Part shown: piece by piece, positions 49,429 to 58,449 of the stretch
Position numbering within the stretch: position 1 is the stretch's first letter
How the letters are laid out: each line of letters begins with the position of its first letter
Assembly: GCA_938045545.1 (NCBI GenBank)
Contig: CALIBN010000017.1
Location: 112 to 64,111 of the forward strand
From: an uncultured archaeon
GTDB taxonomy: Archaea > Thermoproteota > EX4484-205 > JAAOZP01
DNA: 64,000 bases
Direction: 5' to 3'
Position numbers and translations under genes: made by a program
Notes under the pieces: model-generated
Seen by the model: only the letters and a program-made list of their open reading frames with translations
Told to the model about the DNA's origin: nothing
Database searches by the model: none

Positions 49429-52400
49429 GTGTTGGATGTTAAAGGTGGAAACATCTGGGTGTTGCTCCCCGGTTTCTCAGCGGGGGGTTTGAAAGCTAAA
49501 GTGTTTAACAAACTTTATAAAACTCTCCCCCCGTCTAACAATGGTCAAATGGGCTTCGAGAAGCCTGGGGAAGGGAAGGAGGGTAATCCTGCTGTGGCTG
49601 AGGCCAGGGCTGAGGCTAAGCCTACGGTGGCTGAGAAGAGGGAGGAGAGGCCTAAGCCCGCTAAGGAGGAGAAGAAGAAAAAGAAGAAGGAGGAAGAGGA
49701 GGAGGTCGTCGAGTATGTTTTCGACCCCATCCCGGTTAACGCTAAGCCTGTGGACGAGTACTGGATTGAAGAGCCTTTCGTCAGGATCCTGATCATACCC
49801 ATCCCGGGGAGGGGTGGCGAGAAAGGATACTTCGTCGACGAGGTTTCCCTGGACAGGACTGAGAGGAATGCTTTCAACAGGCTTAAGGATATTCTGAGCA
49901 GGGAGCTCAGGCCCCCGGAGGACATGTCTGTCGAGGCGAGGAGCTACGTTATGGAGGAGGCCCGGAGGCTGATGAAGAAGTATAGGAGCATACTTGGCTC
50001 TCTGAACGAGGAGTCCATGAGGAAGGTTGAGTACTACATTAGGAGGGACCTCATAGGCTACGGGCCGATAAACCCGATCGTGGAGGATAAGAATGTTGAG
50101 GACATTTCCTGCGACGGCATCGACAAGCCTGTCTACGTCTGGCACAGGAGGTATGAGAGCCTCCCCTCGAACCTGAGGATCGCGGACAAGGGTTATTTCA
50201 ACGACTTCATAATTAAGCTTGCGCACTTCGCTGGGAAGCATATTAGCGCAGCCTTCCCCATCGTGGACGCTATGCTCCCAGGCAGGCATAGGCTTGCAGC
50301 CACATACGGGGACGAGGTTTCAACCTTCGGCTCAACCTTCACCATAAGGAAGTTCAGGGAGGAGCCTTTCAGCATCGTCGACCTTATTAAGCTGGGCACG
50401 ATAAGCCCGTCTCTCGCAGCCTACTTCTGGTTCATCCTCGACAACAGGCTAACCGTCATGGTGATAGGTGGAACGGGCGCGGGTAAAACTTCTTTCCTGA
50501 ACGCTTTAACAAACCTTTTCAAGCCTGGCCTTAAGATCGTCACGGTTGAGGAGACGGCTGAGCTGAACATTCCGCACGACAACTGGGTCCAGTTCGTAAC
50601 CAGGGAGAGCTACGGTCTTGGAACCTCCAAGATAGGCGAGATAACCATGTTCGACCTCGTCAAGACCTCTCTAAGATATAGGCCTGACTACCTGATCGTC
50701 GGAGAGATAAGGGGCGCCGAAGCGTTCGTGCTCTTCCAAGCCATGGCCAGCGTTTCACGCGACACCCCGGTCCTGGTGAAGAATAGGGAGGGACATGTTT
50801 CGCTGGTCAGAGTGGGTGATTTCGTAGACGGGTTTTACGGGGAAGGGGAGGAGCGCATCCCGAAGCATGTTGAAGGATACTGGGTGCTTTCTCACGCTGG
50901 TTTCAAACCGGTCTGGAAACCAGTGCGATACGTGCTGAGGCACAGTGCCGGGGAGGTTTACGAGGTTGAGTATGAAGGCGGCGGGAGACTACTGGCCACC
51001 GGCAGCCACAGCGTCTTCACCCTTGATCCTGAGACTCTTGATGTCAGGGAGAAGCCTGTTGAACGGCTTAAGCCTGGGGATTACTTGGTTACGTTCACAG
51101 GGGGAGGCGGGGACGATTATAGCGTCGTCAACGGGGTTGAGATGCTCAGCGGGCTTGAAGATGTTTACGCCGACAACCTGCCGGCAGGTCTGAAGCAGCT
51201 TACTGGAGGAAGGAACCCCGTGCTGCTAAGCGTTCTCGCCAAGCTGGGCGCTGAAGAAGAGGAGCTGGAGGAAGCTGTCCTGCATCATCCACATGGGCAT
51301 GCACTGCCCGCTCTGATCCGTCTAGACGAGAATCTGGCATTCGTGTTCGGCGCCTACTTGGCGGAAGGATTCGTTAAGCGGGGCAGGGGTAAGAGACTAT
51401 GCTTCACGTTCGGCAAGGGTGAAACAGATATAGCTAATAGGGTTGTGGAGATCCTGGCTGAGAGGTTCGGCGCCAAACCCTCGGTAGACGACCGTGGAAC
51501 ACACCTTATCTACGATTTTAACCACACGCTTCTCGCGGAGCTGTTTGAAAAGCTGCTGGGGGCACGCTTAAGGGAGAGACGAATACCTTCGCAGCTCTGG
51601 TCTTCTCCAAGCAGTGTTGTGCAAGCGTTCTTCGAAGGGTTGCGTGCAGACGCCCGGAGAACCGTTAGGAAACGGGGAATCCAGTACTTGACGGCAAACG
51701 AGTGGCTGGCATACCAGCTTACGTGGCTCGCCAGGCTGGCCGGCTTCTACTCGAGCCTACGGTGCGAACGCGGTACGGGTAGGAACTCCGGCAGGACGTA
51801 TTGGAACGTGATCGTCTACCTTGACCATAAGTATAGGAAGCCGAACCCGGCTGAGAGAATTCCCGTGAAACCCCTCTTGAAGCTTATCGAGGTTGCGAAG
51901 CCAACATCGATGCCGTTCAGGCTGACATACGTCAGGAAGAGGGAATTCGTAACGAGGAGAAAGGCGCTGGAGATACTGGAGTGGGTTAGGGAGAAGGGCC
52001 GCCTTAATCCTGAGGCGCTCAAGTACTTGAGAACTCTGGAGAAGCTGATTCAGGGCCAGCTCGCCGTCGTGAAAGTGAGGAGAATACGGCGTAGAAACTA
52101 TAATGGTTACGTCTACGATCTTTCTGTTCCCGAGACTGAGTCCTTCCTCGGGGGCGGGGCACCCGTCCTCCTGCACAACACCGGCCACGGTGGTCTCAGC
52201 ACTGTTCACGCTGAGAACATTGACTACGCTATTAAGAGGATGACGAGCCCGCCTATGAACATCGCCGAATCCTATATTCCGCTCATGAACGTAGCATGCT
52301 TGGTTGAGAGGGTTGTCCTCCCCAAGAAGGCTGGAGTACCCTTCGGGAGAAGGGTTAGACACGTTTGGGAGCTTGACCCCGAGGGCAACAGGATTACGAT

Positions 52401-52638
52401 TTCACACTGGGACCCGATGGAGGATTTCCACGATGTTGACTTCAGCAGGTCTGTGCATCTCCCCAACGTGTGCAGGAAGATAGGCATGCCTCCAGACTGG
52501 TACATAAGGGAGCTGCAGGTGAGGGAGAGCGTCATAAGATGGATGATGGATAACAATGTGACTCACTTCAGGGATGTTGCCAGGGTTGTGACCGAGTTCC
52601 ACGTTAAGAGGGCTGAGGTGCTTTCAAGACTAAGGTGA
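49429..52638 (+). CDS. type IV pilus assembly ATPase (FlaI/TadA/VirB11/KlbA family) with Lys/Glu-rich N-terminal extension; intein host
   Basis: Walker A 'VIGGTGAGKTSFLNA', 'DYLIVGEIRGAEAFVLFQAMA' then the intein then 'TGHGGLSTVHAEN'. N-terminal low-complexity 'EKREERPKPAKEEKKKKKKEEEEEVVEY'. The extein is about 592 aa. Confidence 0.85.
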   Translation: MLDVKGGNIWVLLPGFSAGGLKAKVFNKLYKTLPPSNNGQMGFEKPGEGKEGNPAVAEARAEAKPTVAEKREERPKPAKEEKKKKKKEEEEEVVEYVFDPIPVNAKPVDEYWIEEPFVRILIIPIPGRGGEKGYFVDEVSLDRTERNAFNRLKDILSRELRPPEDMSVEARSYVMEEARRLMKKYRSILGSLNEESMRKVEYYIRRDLIGYGPINPIVEDKNVEDISCDGIDKPVYVWHRRYESLPSNLRIADKGYFNDFIIKLAHFAGKHISAAFPIVDAMLPGRHRLAATYGDEVSTFGSTFTIRKFREEPFSIVDLIKLGTISPSLAAYFWFILDNRLTVMVIGGTGAGKTSFLNALTNLFKPGLKIVTVEETAELNIPHDNWVQFVTRESYGLGTSKIGEITMFDLVKTSLRYRPDYLIVGEIRGAEAFVLFQAMASVSRDTPVLVKNREGHVSLVRVGDFVDGFYGEGEERIPKHVEGYWVLSHAGFKPVWKPVRYVLRHSAGEVYEVEYEGGGRLLATGSHSVFTLDPETLDVREKPVERLKPGDYLVTFTGGGGDDYSVVNGVEMLSGLEDVYADNLPAGLKQLTGGRNPVLLSVLAKLGAEEEELEEAVLHHPHGHALPALIRLDENLAFVFGAYLAEGFVKRGRGKRLCFTFGKGETDIANRVVEILAERFGAKPSVDDRGTHLIYDFNHTLLAELFEKLLGARLRERRIPSQLWSSPSSVVQAFFEGLRADARRTVRKRGIQYLTANEWLAYQLTWLARLAGFYSSLRCERGTGRNSGRTYWNVIVYLDHKYRKPNPAERIPVKPLLKLIEVAKPTSMPFRLTYVRKREFVTRRKALEILEWVREKGRLNPEALKYLRTLEKLIQGQLAVVKVRRIRRRNYNGYVYDLSVPETESFLGGGAPVLLHNTGHGGLSTVHAENIDYAIKRMTSPPMNIAESYIPLMNVACLVERVVLPKKAGVPFGRRVRHVWELDPEGNRITISHWDPMEDFHDVDFSRSVHLPNVCRKIGMPPDWYIRELQVRESVIRWMMDNNVTHFRDVARVVTEFHVKRAEVLSRLR
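50749..52179 (+). mobile_element. intein in pilus ATPase (477 aa, KlbA-type insertion site, LAGLIDADG endonuclease)
   Basis: Block A 'SVSRDTPVLVKNREGHVSLVRVG'. 'LAFVFGAYLAEGFV' and 'FFEGLRADA' are LAGLIDADG-like. The C-terminal 'APVLLHN' is followed by +1 Thr. The flanks rejoin to the conserved 'LFQAMA|TGHGG'. Confidence 0.8.
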
Positions 52639-52639
52639 A

Positions 52640-53407
52640 TTGTCCTACTGGCCCTGGCTTGAGAATGCTCGCAGCATAGTCTCCATAATACTCCTATCCT
52701 TAGGCTCAATCCAGGATTTTAAGAGCAGGGAGATAGATGACCGCATATGGGTGGTTTTCCTCGCCTCAGCGGTAATCCTAAACCTTCCGGGTGTTTTCAA
52801 CGGCTCCGTTGAGCCAGCCTGGTGGCTTCTCTTCGCAGGCCTCCAGTCATGCCTCTTCATCCTCCTGTACTACGCTGGTGTCTACGGGGGTGCTGACGCT
52901 AAGGGGCTTATGTGCCTGAGCCTAATGTACCCCTCCACGCCGACGGGTTTCCTGATAGACCTGAGCACGGGGAGGCTTCCAGTAGCTTTCTCAACGATGA
53001 ACAATGCTCTAATGCTCACCGTACTCTACCTGCCAATCAACCTTTTCTGGAACATCTCTGTTAAGCTCAGGGGGGTTGAGCTTTTCAAAGGCTTGGAGAA
53101 GGAAAACTTGTTGAGAAGGGCTGCTGCGCTTCTCCTCCTAAGGAAGGTAAGGTTCTCGCAATACTGTGCTGAGAACAGCAGGTTCCTGCTAGCTGAAAGA
53201 AGGAGCAGGAGCGGTGTTAGAAGAATCGTTTTCTCGAGAAAGATGGATGAGAAGGCTGAGCAGGGTTTCAAGCCTGACGAGCATGTTTTCACAAGCTTCC
53301 TCATGCCCCTGCAAGTCCTACTGCTCCTAGGCCTAGTCGTAAGGCTTTTCTACGGTGATATTCTGCTAGCGCTCTCGCTCTTGGTGGCTAGCCGCCTCGC
53401 AAAGTAA
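52640..53407 (+). CDS. prepilin peptidase (A24 family, PibD/FlaK/EppA-like)
   Basis: First Asp motif 'IQDFKSREIDD'. Second motif 'VYGGADAKGLMCL', which is GxxDxK. 255-aa polytopic membrane protein starting 2 nt after the ATPase stop. Confidence 0.75.
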   Translation: MSYWPWLENARSIVSIILLSLGSIQDFKSREIDDRIWVVFLASAVILNLPGVFNGSVEPAWWLLFAGLQSCLFILLYYAGVYGGADAKGLMCLSLMYPSTPTGFLIDLSTGRLPVAFSTMNNALMLTVLYLPINLFWNISVKLRGVELFKGLEKENLLRRAAALLLLRKVRFSQYCAENSRFLLAERRSRSGVRRIVFSRKMDEKAEQGFKPDEHVFTSFLMPLQVLLLLGLVVRLFYGDILLALSLLVASRLAK

Positions 53408-53440
53408 CTTTTTTGAAAAGCATAAAAACTTCCAAATCCT

Positions 53441-54052
53441 ATGGGACTCGGGTTGAGGCTGTTCGCGTGCTGCGATGTTCACCTGAGGCTCAAACTGCTT
53501 GAGGAGGCTTTGAAAACCTCTAGGGATGCTGACCTAGCCGTCTTCCTCGGCGACCTCACGGTTTACAGCAAGGGTTTAGACGCTGCCCTGGAGAAGCTCC
53601 GGGCTTTAAACGAGCACGTTCTCGTAATACCTGGCAACAACGAGGCTCCGGGGGAGCTGGAGGAGAAGGCCTCTGCCAGGGGCATTGTTTTCCTTCACGC
53701 CAGGAAGACGGTTTTCAAAGGCTTCACCCTCGCCGGCATAGGGGGGAGCCTTCCGACACCCTTCAACACTCCTTTCGAAATCGGCGAGCAGGAGTTTAAA
53801 CGTGTCCTCTCAGGCTTCAAGGGGATTGACAGGCTTGTCCTGCTCTCTCACACACCTCCCTTCAACACCTCCCTGGACTATACTTCCATGGGTGAGCACA
53901 TCGGATCAGTTGAGCTGAGAAGATTCATAGAGGAGGAGTCTCCGCTAGCATGCTTATGCGGCCATGTTCACGAGAGGGCCGGCTTGTCTGAAAGGATCGG
54001 CGGAACCCTTGTCCTCAACCCTGGGCCCAGGGGGATGCTTATAGAGCTATGA
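53441..54052 (+). CDS. calcineurin-like metallophosphoesterase
   Basis: 'CCDVH', 'FLGDL', 'IPGNNE' and 'GHVHE' motifs. 203 aa. Confidence 0.75.
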   Translation: MGLGLRLFACCDVHLRLKLLEEALKTSRDADLAVFLGDLTVYSKGLDAALEKLRALNEHVLVIPGNNEAPGELEEKASARGIVFLHARKTVFKGFTLAGIGGSLPTPFNTPFEIGEQEFKRVLSGFKGIDRLVLLSHTPPFNTSLDYTSMGEHIGSVELRRFIEEESPLACLCGHVHERAGLSERIGGTLVLNPGPRGMLIEL

Positions 54053-54615
54053 AGATCCTAGTGACGGGGAGGCCGGGGATCGGTAAGACGACGCTTGTCT
54101 CAAAGCTTGCCGAGATGCTTAAGGACAGGGGTGTGAGCGTGGGAGGCATGATAACCTTCGAGACTAGGGAGAAGGGGGTTAGAACAGGCTTCCTGGTTGA
54201 GGATTTGAAAACCGGCTTGAAGGGCCTAATGGCAAGCGTCAACTACAGCTCTGGCCCCAGGGTCGGGAAATACGTTGTCAACCTCGCTGAGATTGAGAGG
54301 GTCGGCGTCAAGGCTATTACGGATGCTGTTGAAGGGGATGAGGTTGTCATCATAGATGAGATAGGCCCGATGGAGCTGTACTCAGAATCCTTCAGGAAAG
54401 CCGTTTCAGAGGCTTTCGCCTCGGCGAGAAGCGTTGTCGCAACCATCCACTACAGGGCTTCGCAAAACCCTTTCTGTAGAACCATACTTTCCAGGGAGGA
54501 TGTTTCAACATTCGTCGTAAACGTGGAGAACAGGGATGTTCTTCCGAAAACCATTCTCGATAAGCTGTACCATGCTCTTAGAAACCATAGCCTCCTGGTT
54601 AAAAATGACGTTTAA
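54049..54615 (+). CDS. nucleoside-triphosphatase THEP1 family (AAA NTPase)
   Basis: 'MKILVTGRPGIGKTTLVSKL' is the Walker A, and 'VVIIDEIGPMEL' is the Walker B. 188 aa. Confidence 0.75.
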   Translation: MKILVTGRPGIGKTTLVSKLAEMLKDRGVSVGGMITFETREKGVRTGFLVEDLKTGLKGLMASVNYSSGPRVGKYVVNLAEIERVGVKAITDAVEGDEVVIIDEIGPMELYSESFRKAVSEAFASARSVVATIHYRASQNPFCRTILSREDVSTFVVNVENRDVLPKTILDKLYHALRNHSLLVKNDV

Positions 54616-54820
54616 ACAGGGTTTAACCAGTTTAATCCGGGTTTTAGACGTAGAAGTTGAAACGTTGGAAGGTCCGCAATCTATGCTATCTGTGTTAAAA
54701 TGGCTTAAACCCCGCTTGAAAAAGCTTTTCCGCTCCTCTCGACTCGAGTCGACGCTTAACCATGAGGCTGGAAACGGGAAACTTTTATAATCTTCTTATC
54801 CAGCCTTCTGGTGAAGCCTG

Positions 54821-57226
54821 ATGGTTCAGCAGGATGCTGAGGAGCTTAAAGAGAGGATGATGCAGGTGGCTGGCCGCAGGATACTCGCAGGCGGTCCGAA
54901 GCCCGTTCTAAAGGAGGGTGAGGAGCACGTTAGGGACACGCTTTCAGTCTGCCCAGAGTGCTACAGGCTTCTCCCCGCGCTTGTCTACGAGAAGGATGGT
55001 AAAATCTGGATTAGGAAGAAGTGCCCGGAGCACGGTGAGGTCGAGGACCTTTACTGGGGTGATGCCGCGATGTACAGGAGGGCGATGAGGTATGAGGCTC
55101 CTCGGGCAAATGTTAAGTATGCTTACAGGCAGCTTGAAAACCCCTGCCCCTTCTCATGCGGCATATGCTCCATCCACACTACTCAGACGGCTCTTGCCAA
55201 CGTTGTCGTGACGAACAGGTGTAACTTCTCATGCTGGTACTGCCTACCGGGAGACGAGAAGGTTCTTTTTAAGACCGGTGAAGAAATTTTGTTGGAAAGT
55301 TTTGAGGAGGCTTCGAAGAACCTTGCCTTCAACCATAAAGCTAAGGTGGAAGGCTTCTCCGGTGAATACGCTGTTCCCGAAAATCTGAACGTTCTAACTT
55401 TTAATGGGGGTAAGGCTGAATGGACTAGGGTTACAAAAATATTCAGAAGAAGATATGAGGGAAAGATTTTGAGGATTAAGACGCGGACAGGGCGTGAAGT
55501 CAGGGTGACGCCGGAACACATGTTTTTCGTTAATGAGAACGGAGAAATAAACAAAAAGCGAGCTGACCAGCTTGATGGGAAAAGCGAGCTCATCTTACTC
55601 TGGAGTTTCAATGCCATCAGCAGCCTCGGGGAGATCAACCTCTTAGAAAGGTTTAAAACACCTCCGGGGGGAGACGAGGAGAAAGTCTACGTCAGAAGCG
55701 TGGACGACATCAACGTCCTCCTGTTGAGGAGGAAATACGGGTTGCCTAAGCTCAGGAATGGCCATTTAGTGAATCTTGGCGATATTGGTGAAAGGAAGGA
55801 GGCTAGGGTAGTGAGGCTTGGAGACTTTTACCTAGATAAGGTGGAGTCTATAGTAGAAGAGCACTACGCTGGCTACGTGTATGATTTAGAGGTTGAGAAC
55901 GAGGGCCATTCATTCGTAGCGTCAGACGGTTTTCTGCTTAGCAACTGCTTCTTCTTCGCCGAGAGGTCTGGCTACGTGTATGAGCCAACGCTGGAGCAGT
56001 ACAGGATGATGATGAAGCATTTGAGGAAGCAGTATCCTTACGGTGCTAAGGCTATTCAGCTCACGGGCGGCGAGCCTTTGATGAGGGACGACCTTGTCGA
56101 CGTCATCAGGATAACGAGGGAGGAGGGCTTCACCCATATTCAGCTCAATACTCACGGTGTTTTCTTCGCGCTTGAAGGTGGTGTCGAGCTCGCCAGGAGG
56201 CTTAGGCAAGCAGGGGTTAACACCGTCTACCTGAGCTTCGACGGACTCGACCCGAGGATAAACGTGAAGAACCATTGGGAGATCCCCTATATTTTTGAAA
56301 ACTTCCGTAAGGCCGGTATGACTAGCGTCGTCCTCGTCCCCACCGTGATAAACGGCTGGAACACTCATGAGCTTGGAAAGATAGTGAGGTTCGCCGCAGT
56401 TAACAGCGATATAGTTAGGGGTGTTAACTTTCAACCCGTCTCGTTGGTAGGCCAGATGCCTAGGAGCGAGAGGGATAAGCATAGGATAACCATCCCGGAT
56501 GTGATAAGGCTACTGGAGGAGCAGACGAACGGGGAGATAGGTAAAGAAGCCTGGTACCCCGTCCCGTTCACACTCGTGTTGACAACGTTCCTAGAGAAGC
56601 TGACTAAGGGTAAGGAAAGGTGGCACATGCCTATTCACCCTGCCTGCGGAATGGCGACCTACGTTTATCTCGACAGGTCTAAGAATGGCATCCATTTCGT
56701 GCCGATAACGAGCTTCGTTGACGTAGAGGGACTCTCGGAATACTTGAGGGAGAAAACTGTTGAGATGGAGAAAGGGAGAAGCAGATACATGGTGATGCTT
56801 GAACTAGTCCGTAGACTTGGTCGCTTCATAGATAAGGAGAAACAGCCCAAAGACCTCAACCTAGGAAAAATACTGACAAATATAATCCTCAGAAGAAGCT
56901 ACGGTGCGTTAAGCATATTTCATTATAAATTTAATTATTTAGGTATGATGCATTTTATGGATCCGTATAACTACGATGTCGAGAGGGTTATGCGTTGCGG
57001 TGTTCACTACGTCACCCCAGACATGAACGTCGTCCCCTTCTGCACGTTCAACGTCCTCCCGGAGCTCTACAGGGATAATGTTCAGAAGGAGTTCTCGGTG
57101 AGCCTTGAGGAGTGGAACAAACTTAAGCCCGGGACCGTTGGTGATAAGGCTAAGTATAAGAGGGACGTTAGGAAGCTCGCATCCGGAGAGACATATAAAA
57201 AGACGTATGAGGGTTTCCTCGAGTAG
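54821..57226 (+). CDS. radical-SAM protein with N-terminal rubredoxin-like zinc ribbon (possibly tetraether lipid synthase Tes/GDGT-MAS family); intein host
   Basis: Zinc ribbon 'CPECYRL...CPEHG'. A second Cys cluster 'CPFSCGIC'. The radical-SAM CxxxCxxC, 'NRCNFSCWY[intein]C', is reconstituted only after splicing. 'LTGGEPLM' is the SAM-binding motif. The extein is about 566 aa. Assignment to the Tes family is tentative. Confidence 0.75.
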   Translation: MVQQDAEELKERMMQVAGRRILAGGPKPVLKEGEEHVRDTLSVCPECYRLLPALVYEKDGKIWIRKKCPEHGEVEDLYWGDAAMYRRAMRYEAPRANVKYAYRQLENPCPFSCGICSIHTTQTALANVVVTNRCNFSCWYCLPGDEKVLFKTGEEILLESFEEASKNLAFNHKAKVEGFSGEYAVPENLNVLTFNGGKAEWTRVTKIFRRRYEGKILRIKTRTGREVRVTPEHMFFVNENGEINKKRADQLDGKSELILLWSFNAISSLGEINLLERFKTPPGGDEEKVYVRSVDDINVLLLRRKYGLPKLRNGHLVNLGDIGERKEARVVRLGDFYLDKVESIVEEHYAGYVYDLEVENEGHSFVASDGFLLSNCFFFAERSGYVYEPTLEQYRMMMKHLRKQYPYGAKAIQLTGGEPLMRDDLVDVIRITREEGFTHIQLNTHGVFFALEGGVELARRLRQAGVNTVYLSFDGLDPRINVKNHWEIPYIFENFRKAGMTSVVLVPTVINGWNTHELGKIVRFAAVNSDIVRGVNFQPVSLVGQMPRSERDKHRITIPDVIRLLEEQTNGEIGKEAWYPVPFTLVLTTFLEKLTKGKERWHMPIHPACGMATYVYLDRSKNGIHFVPITSFVDVEGLSEYLREKTVEMEKGRSRYMVMLELVRRLGRFIDKEKQPKDLNLGKILTNIILRRSYGALSIFHYKFNYLGMMHFMDPYNYDVERVMRCGVHYVTPDMNVVPFCTFNVLPELYRDNVQKEFSVSLEEWNKLKPGTVGDKAKYKRDVRKLASGETYKKTYEGFLE
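55241..55945 (+). mobile_element. mini-intein (235 aa) inserted inside the radical-SAM cysteine motif
   Basis: Block A 'CLPGDEKVLFKTG'. The C-terminal 'EGHSFVASDGFLLSN' is followed by +1 Cys, which is the third Cys of CxxxCxxC. No full LAGLIDADG domain is recognisable. Confidence 0.7.
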
Positions 57227-57843
57227 ATCCTGGAACCATTAGGATAAATTGTAATGAAATGCTTTATATTTTTAAAAAGATCACATTACTTACTTGAAAT
57301 CGCCAAAAAATATTTCTATCCATATGCAGTGTACTCGTTCTTGTTTTAGCGACGCGATATCCTATCCCTATAGAGCTTCCTCTTATCTTCAGCCAAAATT
57401 CATAGCGAGGAAAGTTGCTTCTGCTCTCTTCTTTATTTCCTCCATCTTCTGCCGTCGTCATATCGATCTCATCGAAAACTGAGTAGAAATGACATATTTG
57501 AACTAGAGACTAGGAGGGATGAAAGGAGCAACCTTAACCCTCGTCTTTTTTAGTTACAAGCTTGGTTATTTCTCTTCAAAAACTAGAGTCTCGGCATTGG
57601 TCCTCTGTACTTCTTTACTTTCTCCAATTCCTCTTATTCTGCAGACCTTTAAGAAGGATTAGAGCTGAGAAGAATCGATGTGACGGTCCTTCTCTCCAAA
57701 ACACTCATGAACGTAGCATTATGACGCAGATATGAGGCGTATAGCCTTGATATGCTGAACAATTAGGGGAAGCCTACAGGAAGGCTGCAGGGCTTCCTCA
57801 AACCTAAAAGTTTAAAACTGTTGGACCATAGGTTTTTTCAAGA

Positions 57844-58449
57844 ATGGTTCTGGTCGGTGAGCAGGCTCCTGACTTCGAGGTTCAAACCACAAGGGGCAGG
57901 ATCAGGCTTTCCGAGCTCAGGGGCAGATGGGTTCTTCTCCTAACTCATCCCTCGAGCTTCAACCCTGTCTGCACGACTGAGATGATCGCCCTGTCCCAGA
58001 GGATTGACGACTTCAGGAAGAGCGGGGTTGAGGTTTTCTCAATATGCCCCGAGAGCCTCATGAGCGTAATATCTTGGGTTAGGGATGTTGAGGAGAAATA
58101 CGGGTTGAAAATAATGTTCCCTGTTGCAGCCGACCCGGATAAGAGGACGGTGAGCCTCTACGGTGCTGCGGACGCTAGGGGAAGCGTTGCGAGAAGCGTT
58201 TTCCTCATAGACCCGGAGGGGGTTTTGAGGTTCACAGCCCAGTATCCTGTTGAAACCGGGAGGAACGTGAAGGAGCTCGCCAGGGTTACCAGGGCTGTTC
58301 AAACCTCTGTTAAATCAGGCCTCTTGGCTCCGGCGAACTGGGAGCCGGGTGAGCCGATGATTATCCCCCCGCCCTCAACCGTCGAAGAGGCTGACAAGAG
58401 GGTTAGGGACGGGGCTGAACGCTGGTATATTCAGAGGAAACAGGTTTAG
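57844..58449 (+). CDS. peroxiredoxin (AhpC/TSA family)
   Basis: 'LTHPSSFNPVCTTE' is the peroxidatic Cys motif. 201 aa. Confidence 0.85.
   Translation: MVLVGEQAPDFEVQTTRGRIRLSELRGRWVLLLTHPSSFNPVCTTEMIALSQRIDDFRKSGVEVFSICPESLMSVISWVRDVEEKYGLKIMFPVAADPDKRTVSLYGAADARGSVARSVFLIDPEGVLRFTAQYPVETGRNVKELARVTRAVQTSVKSGLLAPANWEPGEPMIIPPPSTVEEADKRVRDGAERWYIQRKQV

Noticed and set aside
57236-57843. A 600-bp AT-rich spacer between the radical-SAM gene and the peroxiredoxin gene. It shares a 14-mer, 'gaaggctgcagggc', with the GC-rich segment at 60772.
   Set aside because: A shared 14-mer is expected by chance several times in 64 kb. Only short antisense-looking ORFs are present. No repeat or structural signal beyond low GC was seen, so it may be a decayed gene or a promoter region.
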